Shown here one piece after another: positions 24,906 to 36,947 of a stretch of DNA of 64,000 nucleotides. Below the pieces are notes generated by a model. That model searched no databases. It was given only the letters and a program-made list of their open reading frames with translations, and had not been told where the DNA came from. The position numbers and the translations under genes are program-made. The stretch comes from Antedon mediterranea (lineage: Eukaryota > Animalia > Echinodermata), in contig NC_092680.1 in NCBI RefSeq assembly GCF_964355755.1, positions 6,448,001 through 6,512,000 of the forward strand. The letters are read 5' to 3'. Position 1 is the stretch's first letter. Each line of letters begins with the position of its first letter.

Positions 24906-26785
24906 ATAAAGCTTGAGGCTTGGCGATAGGTTGGTTTCATAAAAGTACATGATTGACCTAACGGACTGTCTACCAGCTGCCAAGCATTTTAGACGTTTAC
25001 ATGGATCATACTTTATATATCCTTTCAAATATAAAAATACCAATTAATACGCCATCGATTTGTAAAGTTACAATAAGAAAACATACCGAACTATTTGATT
25101 CCGAAGACAAGATATCTGATAAATTCTGTATTGCTGTTTGCGCTGTAAGCTATGCTCGATTGCCCTCTAGTAAAAGTGTACGTGTGTCATTTTATAATAA
25201 TTGTTACAGGTTGAATGCTTAAATACTGATAAATATTACCCCAATGACAGTTATGTCATATTGGATCACACCGTAGTATAAAATATGGCATGCAATATAA
25301 TAATCAACTGCTAAAAGTATAAAATATGGTATATTAATATATCGTGCACTTAATTCTCGCGATTAAGAAATGGTTAATCCGAACTATTTTGGTATTCAAC
25401 TACAGTATAATCTAAAAAACGTTCATCATACGTAGTAAATATTGATCAGGAAATATATTCTTTTTAACCGAGTAAGCTACCTATTTCCATTATTATAAAC
25501 ATTGTACACATGAAACAAATAAATTCCACCCAGTAAAGAGAATGAAATCTGTGAAAATGAGAAACCGAACCCAGAATCGTCTGCTTTAATTTAGTCCTAG
25601 ACCTTCACCAGCGATGTGGTTCCATTATCTGCACCCGAATCGTATCCAACTTATATAAAAATGACATTCTAACCACATTATCTCAGCGGCCAATACCACC
25701 TAAATACTTGTCCGGTAGTTCCCGATCTTTCAACATATCACCAACTCCTTAATAAATTGTAGCGGATAAAGAAACAAAGATATTTGATAATGATATTTAA
25801 AAAAAGACATATTAAATTAATATTGTTTAATGTAAAATCTGAAATTCTTGTTTACTCTGAACGTACTACTATTGCACCAGCAATACGCGCATATTTGGCT
25901 ACTGTGTAAGGGAATTCTAAAGTATAAATTTGTATTATTTATAGCAGTATTATTATTCTTAATCGTATCCTTGCAAACATTATAAATTCCATTCACAGCC
26001 TCAATTCTCTTGGTATTATAGTTTAATTATATATTTTAATAATGCAACTACTGCTATCCAAGACCTTGGAGGTTTTTTATTTCTTTAAAATTCAATACGT
26101 TTATATTAGTTTTTTATGTTCCATTAAATATCATTTTAAAAGATATTAAGTCAAACAGCAGTAATAATATTAAAATATTGTGTTGTCTTTAATTGTATTA
26201 TTTAATAACACCTTTTGTTAAGTCAATCATTATTATTCATTCATACAATATTATATAGATAAAAATGCAGTATTTTAAAATTACACGAAATATCTATTTT
26301 TATAACACTTACTATTAGTAAATAATAAATTAAGATAAAAGATCTGGAGATTAAAGTTTTAAATGAAACGTTATTCAATACAATAATTGAAAACATTTCT
26401 ATAAAAAGAACTATTGCGAGTCAATATATAGTAAAATGGTTTTTTAGGCCTGAATATGTTTGTGTAAGGTGTACTTTATAAACTAATCGAAACCACCAAA
26501 TATCATTTAACTTTTCTCACCAGAAGACGATTGTTGCACAACCACAACCTTATTTTTCTTTTGAAACACATTGTTTACTGCAAACCTAAATTGTGTTTAT
26601 TCACAATGCAAACATTTAAACAATATTTCATATTTTTTTGATATGTGAATGTGAATACACCTTCTCTTCAAAAAATGTTTCAACATTTACTTGGGTTTTT
26701 AGAAATAGGTTTTAATTTGATAATTAGGCCTAAAGAATATGATAATAGAAATATATTGTTTGAAGGTTTGCATACCAAAATGAAA

Positions 26786-27143
26786 TGTTGATATAAGTTT
26801 GCGGTGCACTATGTATTAGTTCTGAAAAGAACTGTTGAGTTTCTCGACGTTTTCGATTCTATCAGAAACCATTCTTTCATATTTATAGCTAGTTTCAATT
26901 CACTATTGTTCATGAGAAACAATGCTCTTATACAGCTAGTTTCAATCCCTCCTATTGTGTGAACTTGATATTGTTTCTGGCTTTAACACCAATCCCACCG
27001 TTTTCCACTTATATTCCAAGTTTCCTGGACTTTCTGCATTCTCACTCCTAAGGACGATCATAGCATATTGATCGAAACGTCGAGAAACTCAGCGGTTCTT
27101 TTTAGAACTAATATACGTGGTGTACCGCAAACTTATATCAACA
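26786..27143. mobile_element. Penelope-like remnant: inverted terminal repeats containing a hammerhead-like motif
   Basis: About 72-bp inverted repeats (26786-26857 / 27071-27143). The plus strand reads CTC-CTAAGGAC-GATCA..TGATC-GAAACGTC-GAG at 27045-27084. Confidence 0.65.
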
Positions 27144-28267
27144 ATAAAAATATACTTTTCAAAATGGATATTGCCAGTTCTTTCTATTTTAATATGACAT
27201 ATTAATCTATTATTTCCTATTCTCTTCTTTGCCTAAAATTGTTAGAGCTTACATCAGTCATTGCCAGTACTTTATTAGTAATTCTTTCTTGCAGTGAAGA
27301 GAAGAAAAGCGAATACATTTTAAAAAAATGCTATCTTTCAAATTAATAGGTGTTGCATCTTTAATTCTTTCTAAATTCATCTCCTTAAACTACTGTTGAA
27401 ATATTTCAGAAAGAGGGATAGTATTGATTTAAAACATAATAAATCAATACGCATTATCAATAAAACAAGTTAACATAGGTCACGTCATCTCCACAACTTT
27501 AACTGTTCATCATCAAAATTTGATCTTGTAATTTTAGTTCTGAGATCAAAAACCGTATCACATCCTGTTAATTTATGATAAATTATCTTATTTTATCTCA
27601 TAATATTATAACAAGAAAATAGGCTACTGTCAAGAAAAATTGTTTACTGCAGTAAGGAATATACGAATGATGTATATACATTATGCAAGTGTGTCCCATC
27701 AAATTATTGTCAACTCACAATAAATGAAAGAATATCTCAATAGACATGTCGCATGTGCAATAATAATCAATCATTTTTAAGGAAGAAAGTATTTTGCGGT
27801 TGGCAAGGGTAGATTTCTGTACTTTTATGCGATTCTAAATTTTAATTCTTGCTTGATGCATTAATGGTTTGTAATGTTATGCCACGATGTTCTATCGCGG
27901 TACTGCAAAAAAAATATCGGTTTTTGACATCAAAGGAAAATCTTGTGCGTTCATTGGTTTGAGTTAGCCCGACTAACATTGATTAATTTCAGTGTTATAA
28001 CACTATTGTCTATACTTGCGCAAGCGCAATTTTTTTTTTTTCATTTTTTATTTTGCAACTTTGTCATTATTTGGTAGTAATTTATTAATATTTACATATT
28101 GTTCTTCTAAAACAACGTCTGTACATATATATCACGTATTATTCTTCACTGTCTTCAATCTTCGTTACCGTTTTGCGTTTACTGAAAAAAATTGTCACAT
28201 GACACGGCACTAACTAATAATATTTATATTAATATTCAATGTTGATAGTTAGAAGTTCAGTTCGGTG

Positions 28268-28270
<3 letters not shown>

Positions 28271-28334
<64 letters not shown>
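28271..28334. repeat. (TA)n microsatellite
   Basis: About 32 TA units. Confidence 0.98.
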
Positions 28335-28338
<4 letters not shown>

Positions 28339-28445
28339 ACATTAGGCAATGAACATTAATTCTAAATCGCCCGGTGATATACTGAAATTTAATTAATTAA
28401 TTTGAAACGATAAAGATGAGGAAATCTGTGAGAATGAGAAAAAGT

Positions 28446-28517
28446 CGCCCCAACCGAGACTCGAACTCGGACCGCCTGCTTGATATACAGATGTCCTAAC
28501 CATTAGACCACTGGGGC
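28446..28517 (-). pseudogene. tRNA-like cloverleaf (anticodon ATC) embedded in a ~350-bp (TA)n-flanked element
   Basis: Acceptor stem GCCCCAG/TTGGGGC, D arm with TGGTCTAATGG A box, anticodon arm TCTGT-ATATCAA-GCAGG, T arm CCGAG-TTCGAGT-CTCGG; 72 nt. Confidence 0.65.
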
Positions 28518-28690
28518 TTTCATGGTATTGTTCAAACTCGATTGGATAGCGACTCTTTAACATTCTCGGCGTGGTACGGCGGAACAGCACCAGTCCTCAG
28601 TTGTACGCACGCGCACCAGAGATCAAATTGATACGCCCTCATCTTTCAGTATTTTTATTCACGAGGCGGGATCTCCGAAGAGATACTTTT

Positions 28691-28725
<35 letters not shown>

Positions 28726-28726
<1 letters not shown>

Positions 28727-28900
28727 AATCCAAAGGCAAATTACTGAAAAAAATGACAATGCTGTGGGTATCAGTGGCTGGATCTCAATGGAGATACAAA
28801 AATAAAAAGCGGAAAGCTAAATCAAAACGATAAAGTAAACAGCCAGAAAAGTTAGCAGAGCTTTCGGGCAACACTAGCCCTTCATCAGTGCAAGTGAAGG
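28726..28900 (-). mobile_element. Penelope-like terminal repeat fragment next to (TA)n
   Basis: Second copy of 10861-11024; carries the hammerhead motif. Confidence 0.65.
28855..28891 (-). ncRNA. Minimal type I hammerhead ribozyme motif
   Basis: Minus strand GCA-CTGATGA-A-GGGC(TAGTGTT)GCCC-GAAA-GC-TC^TGC: intact core boxes, 3-bp stem I, 4-bp stem II and a palindromic AGCT stem III region. Confidence 0.7.
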
Positions 28901-31581
28901 AATTTGGATTTATATATATTAACTACTGTGCAGTGTAACAGATATTAAATTTCTTTAAATTGTGACATTTATTAAATGCTATTGGCTAATTCAGCGGCCT
29001 TTAAGGCGTAGTGGCTAATTTAGAATGAAGATCTTAATCTGGTACGCGGGGGTATATACCGCATTAGAATGACTTAGTTAGTCCAGGCTGTCCCTGATTA
29101 CCCCTGATTACCGAAGTCCTTCTCCGGGATAACATAACGTATACAACTATAGATCCTTCCACACAATTTTGTTTCGCATTATATTGAAAAAATCGGCATA
29201 CAATCTCCAGCAACGTTAACTACTGAATGGGTCATTGATTATGAGAGTTGGAAGAGGGAAATTAATTTTATTAAATTATTAGTTATTAATTTCACTCTTC
29301 CCTGGTTTTACTAACGTTGATTGTCAATGAAGGTTGTATGGTTCTTTTAGAAAAAAAGTACTGGTACTAAACAACCTCATAATTTGCTTCAAAATAGAAA
29401 TGATCAATAGTGTGGGACTATTTTGGCCATAATTGATATATAATTTTTTTTTTTATTACACCTTATTTATAGAGGGTGACCATAAACAATCATGAGGCCC
29501 TCTTGATAAGTTACAGTGGCTGTGTATATACTAGTACACCGTGGAAACCACCTACTCATCTCGAAAGATGTACTAGTTTCTGTATAATTATGGAAAATGT
29601 TAACATAATTGTACAATAAACTTCCGTAATTATTAGTTTACGTCTCAAAATGAGTGGTTATTGACTAAGGTAAATGAACTTGTATATTGTTTGTTATTAG
29701 ATCACGAGATTACAATCATAAATCATAATCTAAAGGCTGTATTAAATTTATAATAATAACACCCTACCACTTAACAGCTTGCTATTCCCACTTAGGCCTC
29801 CACGTTAGTTTGTACTGTATGCATTTACAAAATAGATTAAAAGTATTAATTTTAAAATGGTAAACGTAAAGCAATATTGATATTTTATTTTTCAATTGTA
29901 TATGTTGTAAATAATGTTCCAGGTAACACGTGCTAATAAATAAATTATTGAACTCAAAACGTTCTATTTATGTAGAAATTATTTATATTCATGTATGTTT
30001 ATTTATGTTCTATCTCTGCAGATCGTAAATTCAATGATTTTCGTAGACTAATGTATTGTCAGACAAAAATGGGATGTATATTGATGAAAAACTAAGGTAA
30101 GTTGTTATCGCTTAAAGTATTCTAGTAGGTATACATGTGCAGATTTGCTCTCTGTGAGGAGTGACCATACAGTAATGCTGATTTACTGTGAAGTATAAGA
30201 CGACTCTTTCAGTAACGATTCAATAACAAGTTAAAATATTTTTATGAGTGTTTTGTAAACCTTTAACTTGTATATCCCTATGTATAATTATACTGTAGAG
30301 TACACGTACGTTTCCCAAACGCGTTTCGAGACTTCTGTTGGTCTGACGTCATCTAGGTGCCTTTAGGGCAATGTGCACTGCAACGGAGCATCCCCTTTTT
30401 TTACGGGCCTGGAGAATGCCTAAACAGTTGTAAAGCTCTGTTTGTTCGTGATTGCCCTATTCCTTTTCATATTTATATTATCATTTGATAAGGTGTTAAG
30501 TAACACATTGTGGTTTGGAATAAAGTGAAGTGAAAACTTCAGCTAAGTAAGTAATATGCAGCTGTATGCTATTTTTAGAATCATGTAATGAATACCCATC
30601 AGGCTCCATAGGGCTTAGGTAGTATTTGTTGACGTGTTAATGTAATTCATTTATTGATTTTATTTTGTGAGGCAATGCCCTATAAATGCATATCATAAAA
30701 CTCATCCTCTATGACTATCTTTATTGATACAAATATAGTATTACAAATTGATTTCGAAGATGAATAATCTTTCTAGGCATATTTTATTGATTTACTGTTT
30801 ATGACGTCAGAGCTTGGTTAAAGTTGTTTGCATACTGCTTTCTTTTGAAAAGACGATAAACCTGCTTTATTTAATAGTTTCAATATTTCTTATATTTTAT
30901 CACACATTGTACGATATCAGAATCAATTGACCTATATTTTCATGAGATATTTTATATCTTATTATATTCCAAGTTATTTGACATTTTAGAATATTCAGTA
31001 AATCGTAGAAAATACACGTATTGTTTTTAGAAATGGAGTTATATATGATCTATATACTGCAAATCATAGCAGAAAAAAAATAGATACATTAGAAATGAAT
31101 TATAATTGAAATTTTCATTCGTAATTATTAGAAACCTCAAAGGGAATACTATAAAGTCATGTGAGAATTGAAAGAGGCATATTTGATCTAATTCCCTTTA
31201 AATTTCTGAAAATACTAAATATATATAGAACATTAGGTTTGGTAAATTATTTTACAATTTTAGGCCCTGTCCTTTAAAGTCACTGAAAGCAAATTGAGTA
31301 AATAAATAGAACGTGTCGAGTGCGATTTGTATCGAAATGTCTCTAGAGGTCGCTATCATGATTACGGGTAAATAACCAGCAACCTGCATTCTTTTAACTG
31401 TGTTTACAGAACCATTATTATTTTTTTACTTTACTTGAAATTTTCGAAATATGTGGTGTATCATTCCTTGAATCACCGATCCTAACCAAAAGCAGCGTAA
31501 ACATCAACTCCAGAGTAGTAGTGCCTGGTAGTAGTATAAAAGATAGCTCCTAAATTATCTATTATTTATTATTAAATAAAC

Positions 31582-31670
31582 CATCATCATCATTATCATT
31601 ATCATCAGCCATTGTCAGTCCACTGCTGGACGAAAGCCTCATCATGTTTCTGTCATAGTGAACGATCTCT
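31582..31670 (-). mobile_element. 3' end of an RTE-clade LINE
   Basis: Minus strand GAGGCTTTCGTCCAGCAGTGGAC (EAFVQQWTDNG*) followed by a (GAT)n tail. Confidence 0.7.
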
Positions 31671-33172
31671 AGCTACTGCACTGTACCCTAATACTTGTCT
31701 ATTTCATCTCGACAGCTCCCATCCATGGATTTCCATGATTAATATAAATACAACATTAATAATGACCAACTTATTTTTCGCCAGCGGTAAAGCAGAAAGC
31801 AGTTGTCAAGACTGATATTTAAATAATAAACAACACTGTTATCAATTGTAAATCAGTGTTATTTAATCTGATAAATAAGACAAGATATTACAAAAATAAC
31901 AGAAATATTATTTTTATTTTTAAAGTCCCTTTCATTATGTCCAATAACTTCCAATTGAACATGTTTATCCTTTGGTAACATTTTAATCTAACGAAGAAAT
32001 AAGCACTATATTTTTCAATTGTATTTTTACACAAATAATTATTAAACATGACATTAGAACAATGGAGCATTGTGATAACGTTCATAATGTGCTTTTTTTC
32101 AATTAAGTTAAGCCTTGCTTTATTCTGAATGTTAATGGCCTAAATAGTCGTCAAAATTCTCTACTCTATATCGCTTCTTTCAATCTACCTGTTAAAATCC
32201 ATTTGATGGTATTGCTTCTAAATCTAAAAATGAAAATAAATATATTGACGTAATTTATTTACGTTACGTTGGCATACATACGCTAAGAAAAAACATGATT
32301 ATATTGATTAAAAGTTTTCGTATCTGTACTCACATGACACGATATCAATACGTTTATATACAATAACAAATTGATTATAATAACACAATATACAATCATT
32401 TAAATAATTATTTGGTGAAATAAAAACGAAAGTAAGACCGTTTCCCAATCTTCCATTTTTCTATTTCTGTTCCTGAGTAAAATACACCTCTTCCCACACA
32501 TCTCCACACATTTATTACAAATTCTTTTTTAGGCATAGGCCTATACTTTAATATTTACATAACATACAATTTAGATGCTATTCACAATCACAGAGATTAT
32601 TTTTAATATTCTGTTTTATCTTGTTTCAATCGGCCTACATAGATCAGGCTAATAATATCATACCATCGATAGTAACTACCAAACATTGTAAATTCATAAA
32701 CCTTAAGCGTAAAGTTCAATAGACTCCTAGGGACACCTTCGGGGCCTAGAAACGTCCCCTTAATAGAGGTATCGCCATAGCGTAGAAACATATAATTGCT
32801 CTTTTATTTCACACGGAGCCTGTGTATTTGAAAGTGGTCCTCTGGATAGAAGTGTTCCAAATGTTCTACTATATAAAAGTTCACTTTTTCCTGATTCTAT
32901 TAATGTCGACAATCTGGTGTGTGTCAACAAATGGGATGTAACTTTCTTTTATCAAACCAACATTTTACAAAAAATGACATGAACATATTCATATTCTTTC
33001 TTAAAATCATACTTGTAGTAAAACACTGAATTGTGTTTTTTTTTAAACTGCAATAAAATTCATACCTAAACCAGGGAAGGGTAGTGTAATTTGAATCTTC
33101 TCTGACTTAACTATAAAATTTATTACAGACAAGAAGCATTGCAGTATGAGGGCGCTGTTTGCTATGTTTGTC

Positions 33173-34010
33173 CAGAGCCATAATAAAGAGTTACGACATT
33201 GAAAATTAGAAGCCATTTTTGTGTCAAAGAATTTGCACGCTGAGGGCGCGCGCGTCTCTTTTGTATAGCGTTTTCCTATAGTTCATGCACTATTTTTAGA
33301 TTTTGTTGTCTATGAAATAACGCTTAGATTCCATTTTTAATTTAGTAATTAATTTTATTAATGGTATTGATTTGTTAAAATATATATATATTTTTTATAA
33401 TAACAAAAAAATAAATGCTAGGGCCTACATGGAAGTTAGGATACATCAAAGAATGAACCAATACAAAAAAACAAACAAATTCACCTCTCTTTTTATGCAG
33501 TATATGGCTTTCTGTGTGTTTTTTACACAAACTGCGCCGCCAACGTTATTACCATTCAGAGACTCGTTCATCATTTCATTTGTAATAATTTGCCTTTATT
33601 ATTTAAATATTGTTCATACCCTTTTCAGTATATTAACAAATATATCCACGACACTTTATTATTTTATTTAGTCATCAAAGCATGCATTATGAATTGAAAA
33701 TATTACATAATTGTTATTAATAGGACGTAGTTATGGGATGTTTTGTTCCAAAATTAATCAATCGAACGTTATAATGTACTAGCGCACGCGCGCGCAATAT
33801 TCTTTGGCGCAAGTACTTCTGTACGCTGTGCACATCGATATTTCATCGTAAAATGTGCAATTACATTTTTTTTAATACAAGAAAAAGTTTAAAGTATTTT
33901 GTTGCTCCTATACTTTACATGCATTAATGGAGACAACTTTGACCCATTTTGATCTGCATATCACGTGACTATAATCCAATGTCGTAACTCTTTATATATA
34001 TATGGCTCTG
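33173..34010. mobile_element. 838-bp non-autonomous hAT- or P-type element
   Basis: TIR CAGAGCCATA-ATAAAGAGTTACGACATTG with a perfect 8-bp duplication TGTTTGTC (33165-33172, 34011-34018). Confidence 0.85.
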
Positions 34011-34997
34011 TGTTTGTCTAAATAACCACCACGTACAATCATGGAGTAATAATAATTATTATTATTACTCCATGATACAATAGGCCAAATTATACATGTA
34101 TGGTCTTTTTATGGTAAGGCACTTGACTGTTATTTAGTCGTACAGCATTTTCTATGCACAATCAATTTCAAATGTTAATGAACACATTCTTTTCTATTCT
34201 AGTTCGTCCGACAGAGGGCGTCCCATGTTAAAGAGCATTTTTATAGATATGGATTATCACATTTCGTTTACGTTTTGTATTTTTAAAAAAAGTAAAAATG
34301 TATAACACACCAAAATGCAGGTAAACAGTGTGCAATGTTGAATTACGTGATGATCATCGCAATTAATTTCAACTCAATTGCAACGGAACGTGTAATAATT
34401 CAATATTAAATCTATTTAAAAAAAGTTTTTGGAATCATGGAATACTCCTCATTCGACCGGGTTATCATAGTTTCTGTCATTCTACTTATCCAAACTTAAA
34501 CTATGATGCAATTCAGATTTTCGGTTACATGTTATCGGAACTGTCTTCCCCTTTCTCTTCTCTTTGGGAAAGTGTGTCTTTCTTGTCTTGAATTATAGTG
34601 CTATTAGTCGACATTTTGATTATTGAAAATTCTTAGTCTTTGTTTCTGTGGTTAGCTTTATTTTATTCCAATAAGACTATTCTGTGAAACTTTCTGTAAC
34701 AGATATTTGTGTCTGAGCTCGGCGTCTTCAGTATGAATATATCAATTAAACATGAATGCTGCTTGAACGGAACCATCTATTATACAAATTTTGTATAATG
34801 TGTACAGCCAGATATTGATTTATTATACATGCCAACCTATATAGAATAATGTATCTTAATAAACTCTTAAATATTTTATTTTATACACTTAGAACTAGGC
34901 TTGTAAATGATTACAAACGTTAATCATGATTGTATTGTTTTATGTATTTACAAAGTGCAAATTATTTACATAAATGAGATTCAATTACTAACTGTAT

Positions 34998-35602
34998 TTA
35001 ATTCAAGCAAGAATTTCCATCCGTAGACATAGCCAATTTTGAAAATCGTGTTTCCGTGATCATGACTGGTGATTCCTTCTCTCTTGTCGTTCGGCTGAAG
35101 CACACACCACGAAAAATGTTGTCGAAATGTTTCTTAAAACTTGTAGTAGTAAACGCGTATACAAATGGATTCATACTGCTGTTTGCGTATGCCAGACATA
35201 AGAAAGTGATGTACACGTATTGAAATGTGTGGGTATCCCATACACTTGCGGTGGGGAAAAAACTCAAACCGAGAATAATACAATGTAGAGGAAGCCAACT
35301 TAAAGCAAATAATATAACAACAATCAGAACCATTTTGGTTATTTTCCTCTTTCGCTGTGATGCTCTTAGTTGTGCTTGTGCGCTTTCGGTTCCCATTGAT
35401 GTTCTCTTCCAAACTTGCATTAAAATTTTGACATAACATATGCTGATGATAAGAAGAGGAATTGCATACATTGACATAAAGGAGAAGATGGTAAATATCT
35501 TGTCACGGTCTGAATTTCCAAAATCTCTATAACAAGTTGTCGAATTTTCATCATGTATTACATTTGTGTTTATCGCAACAGGTATATGAATCATAAATGA
35601 CA
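34998..35602 (-). CDS. KISS1R: Kisspeptin receptor-like (GPR54/galanin-group) rhodopsin GPCR, last exon (TM4 end to TM7 and C-tail)
   Basis: Acceptor TTTTTTTTCAG at 35603, phase 1. Contains YAIPL (TM5), KRKITKMV, FALSWLP (TM6) and LAYANSSMNPFVY (TM7); stop at 34998. The symbol denotes family, not proven orthology. Confidence 0.88.
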
Positions 35603-36011
35603 CTGAAAAAAAAGAAATAATTGCATTATTTAATAGTTTACTCTCTTTAATCTCCAACAAATTTATTGTCATTCCTAGTTTTTGTTTCTCTTTGTGGCGT
35701 GAACACCACTTCTATTCTCGCGTCATATCTTAATCACATCATATTCATATTATTTCTCAATTTTATCTCGTTTTACTATTTTCTAACGTTTCTCCCATTT
35801 ATACAGTTGGATATAAAAATTCATCTGTAGTTTTTAAATTGTCAATATTACCTCCTTTCTCAGTATTTTTTTCTTATAATCATTACATACACTTATAATA
35901 ATTCCTAGTTACATAATTTAAAAAATAAAAACAATGGGCTTATAATAATAAAAATACATTAACTTTTTTTATAATCATTTAACACAATAATGAATAAATG
36001 CTTTGACGAAC

Positions 36012-36147
36012 CTGCCCATATTCCAAGACTAATAAGTATGGCACGCCGAATCGTTCTCGTATTTCTAGCATTTACAGCGTGAACTATCAAGTGATACCGA
36101 TCGATTGTCATAGCCGTCAAAAAACAACACGTGGCCTGAATTGTTAC
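36012..36147 (-). CDS. KISS1R: Same GPCR, 136-nt internal exon (TM3, DRY, TM4)
   Basis: TTTCCATAG acceptor and GTTCGT donor; translates VTIQATCCFLTAMTIDRYHLIVHAVNARNTRTIRRAILISLGIWA. Phases 0/1 fit both neighbours. Not in the ORF track. Confidence 0.9.
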
Positions 36148-36310
36148 CTATGGAAACAAAAGTGTATGATAGAAGAAAACTTCGGTTTTGTTTGTCGATG
36201 TTTCTCTTAAAAAGATTGGGACTCGTTTAACCTACCACACTAGTAGTAGTATTCCTTTGTAGAGAAGTTGATAACATCTGATATCAAAACCCTCATAACA
36301 TCCAAAATAA

Positions 36311-36466
36311 AGCTTGGTTCCCACTAGGGCGTAACTCAAGAACGTAAGTGCAACGCAAGCAAGTTAACAAATGAAAGCGAAAATCGAGTAATCCATCGCT
36401 TGTGATTGGTTAAATCACTTACGTCGTGCTTACGTCGTTGCTTTAGGTCCTAGTGGGAACCAAGCT
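36311..36466. mobile_element. Harbinger-like palindromic MITE in the GPCR intron
   Basis: TAA|AGCTTGGTTCCCACTAG ... CTAGTGGGAACCAAGCT|TTA; same family as 17457. A partial copy lies at about 57912. Confidence 0.8.
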
Positions 36467-36753
36467 TTACAAGGAACTACGATTACTACAAGACTACATG
36501 CATAAACATGTTTGCCTTATTTTAATTGGTTAGAATTGGGTGTTTGAATATTGTTAAAATGTTTTTCTTTTCAAATCGTACCTGACTATGAATGGTTTCT
36601 TTTCCCAATGCTGTTTCCAACAGCCGTGGAGAAATGTTTGTCTGCAATATTGTTTAAGTGAGGGGCGGTGGGATGGAGCGGTTTATCAATAATTAAATAA
36701 AGACATATTTTCAGGTAATATACAGTAATTATGTAATTTGAAACAAAACGTAC

Positions 36754-36947
36754 AAACTGCATATAACCAATAAATTTGCAGAGAAAGTGTCCTAACTTCC
36801 AGTCTTCCGTCGTAATTGAAACGGCCGTCGTAGCTGCACATGTCACTAAGAAAGCGATGTCATCGACTGCTAGGTTCGCAATGTAGAAGTTTGTGACGGA
36901 TCTCATATCATTGTTGGCTATAATTATGTATATCACCAAAGCATTAC
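36754..36947 (-). CDS. KISS1R: Same GPCR, 194-nt exon (TM1 end, TM2, TM3 start)
   Basis: TTTACAG acceptor and GTACGT donor; translates (G)NALVIYII..MRSVTNFYIANLAVDDIAFL..WKLGHFLCKFIGYMQF. Confidence 0.88.

Noticed and set aside
28446-28517. Functional tRNA-Asp gene
   Set aside because: Non-standard ATC anticodon, several G-U pairs, a purine at position 32, and location inside a repeat; treated as tRNA-like.
34680-34735. CTGAAGA...GAAA on the minus strand as a fourth hammerhead
   Set aside because: No convincing stem I or stem II pairing.
35603-35672. N-terminal extension of the 224-aa ORF; also 36586-36753 of the 123-aa ORF
   Set aside because: Intron read-through beyond clear splice sites.
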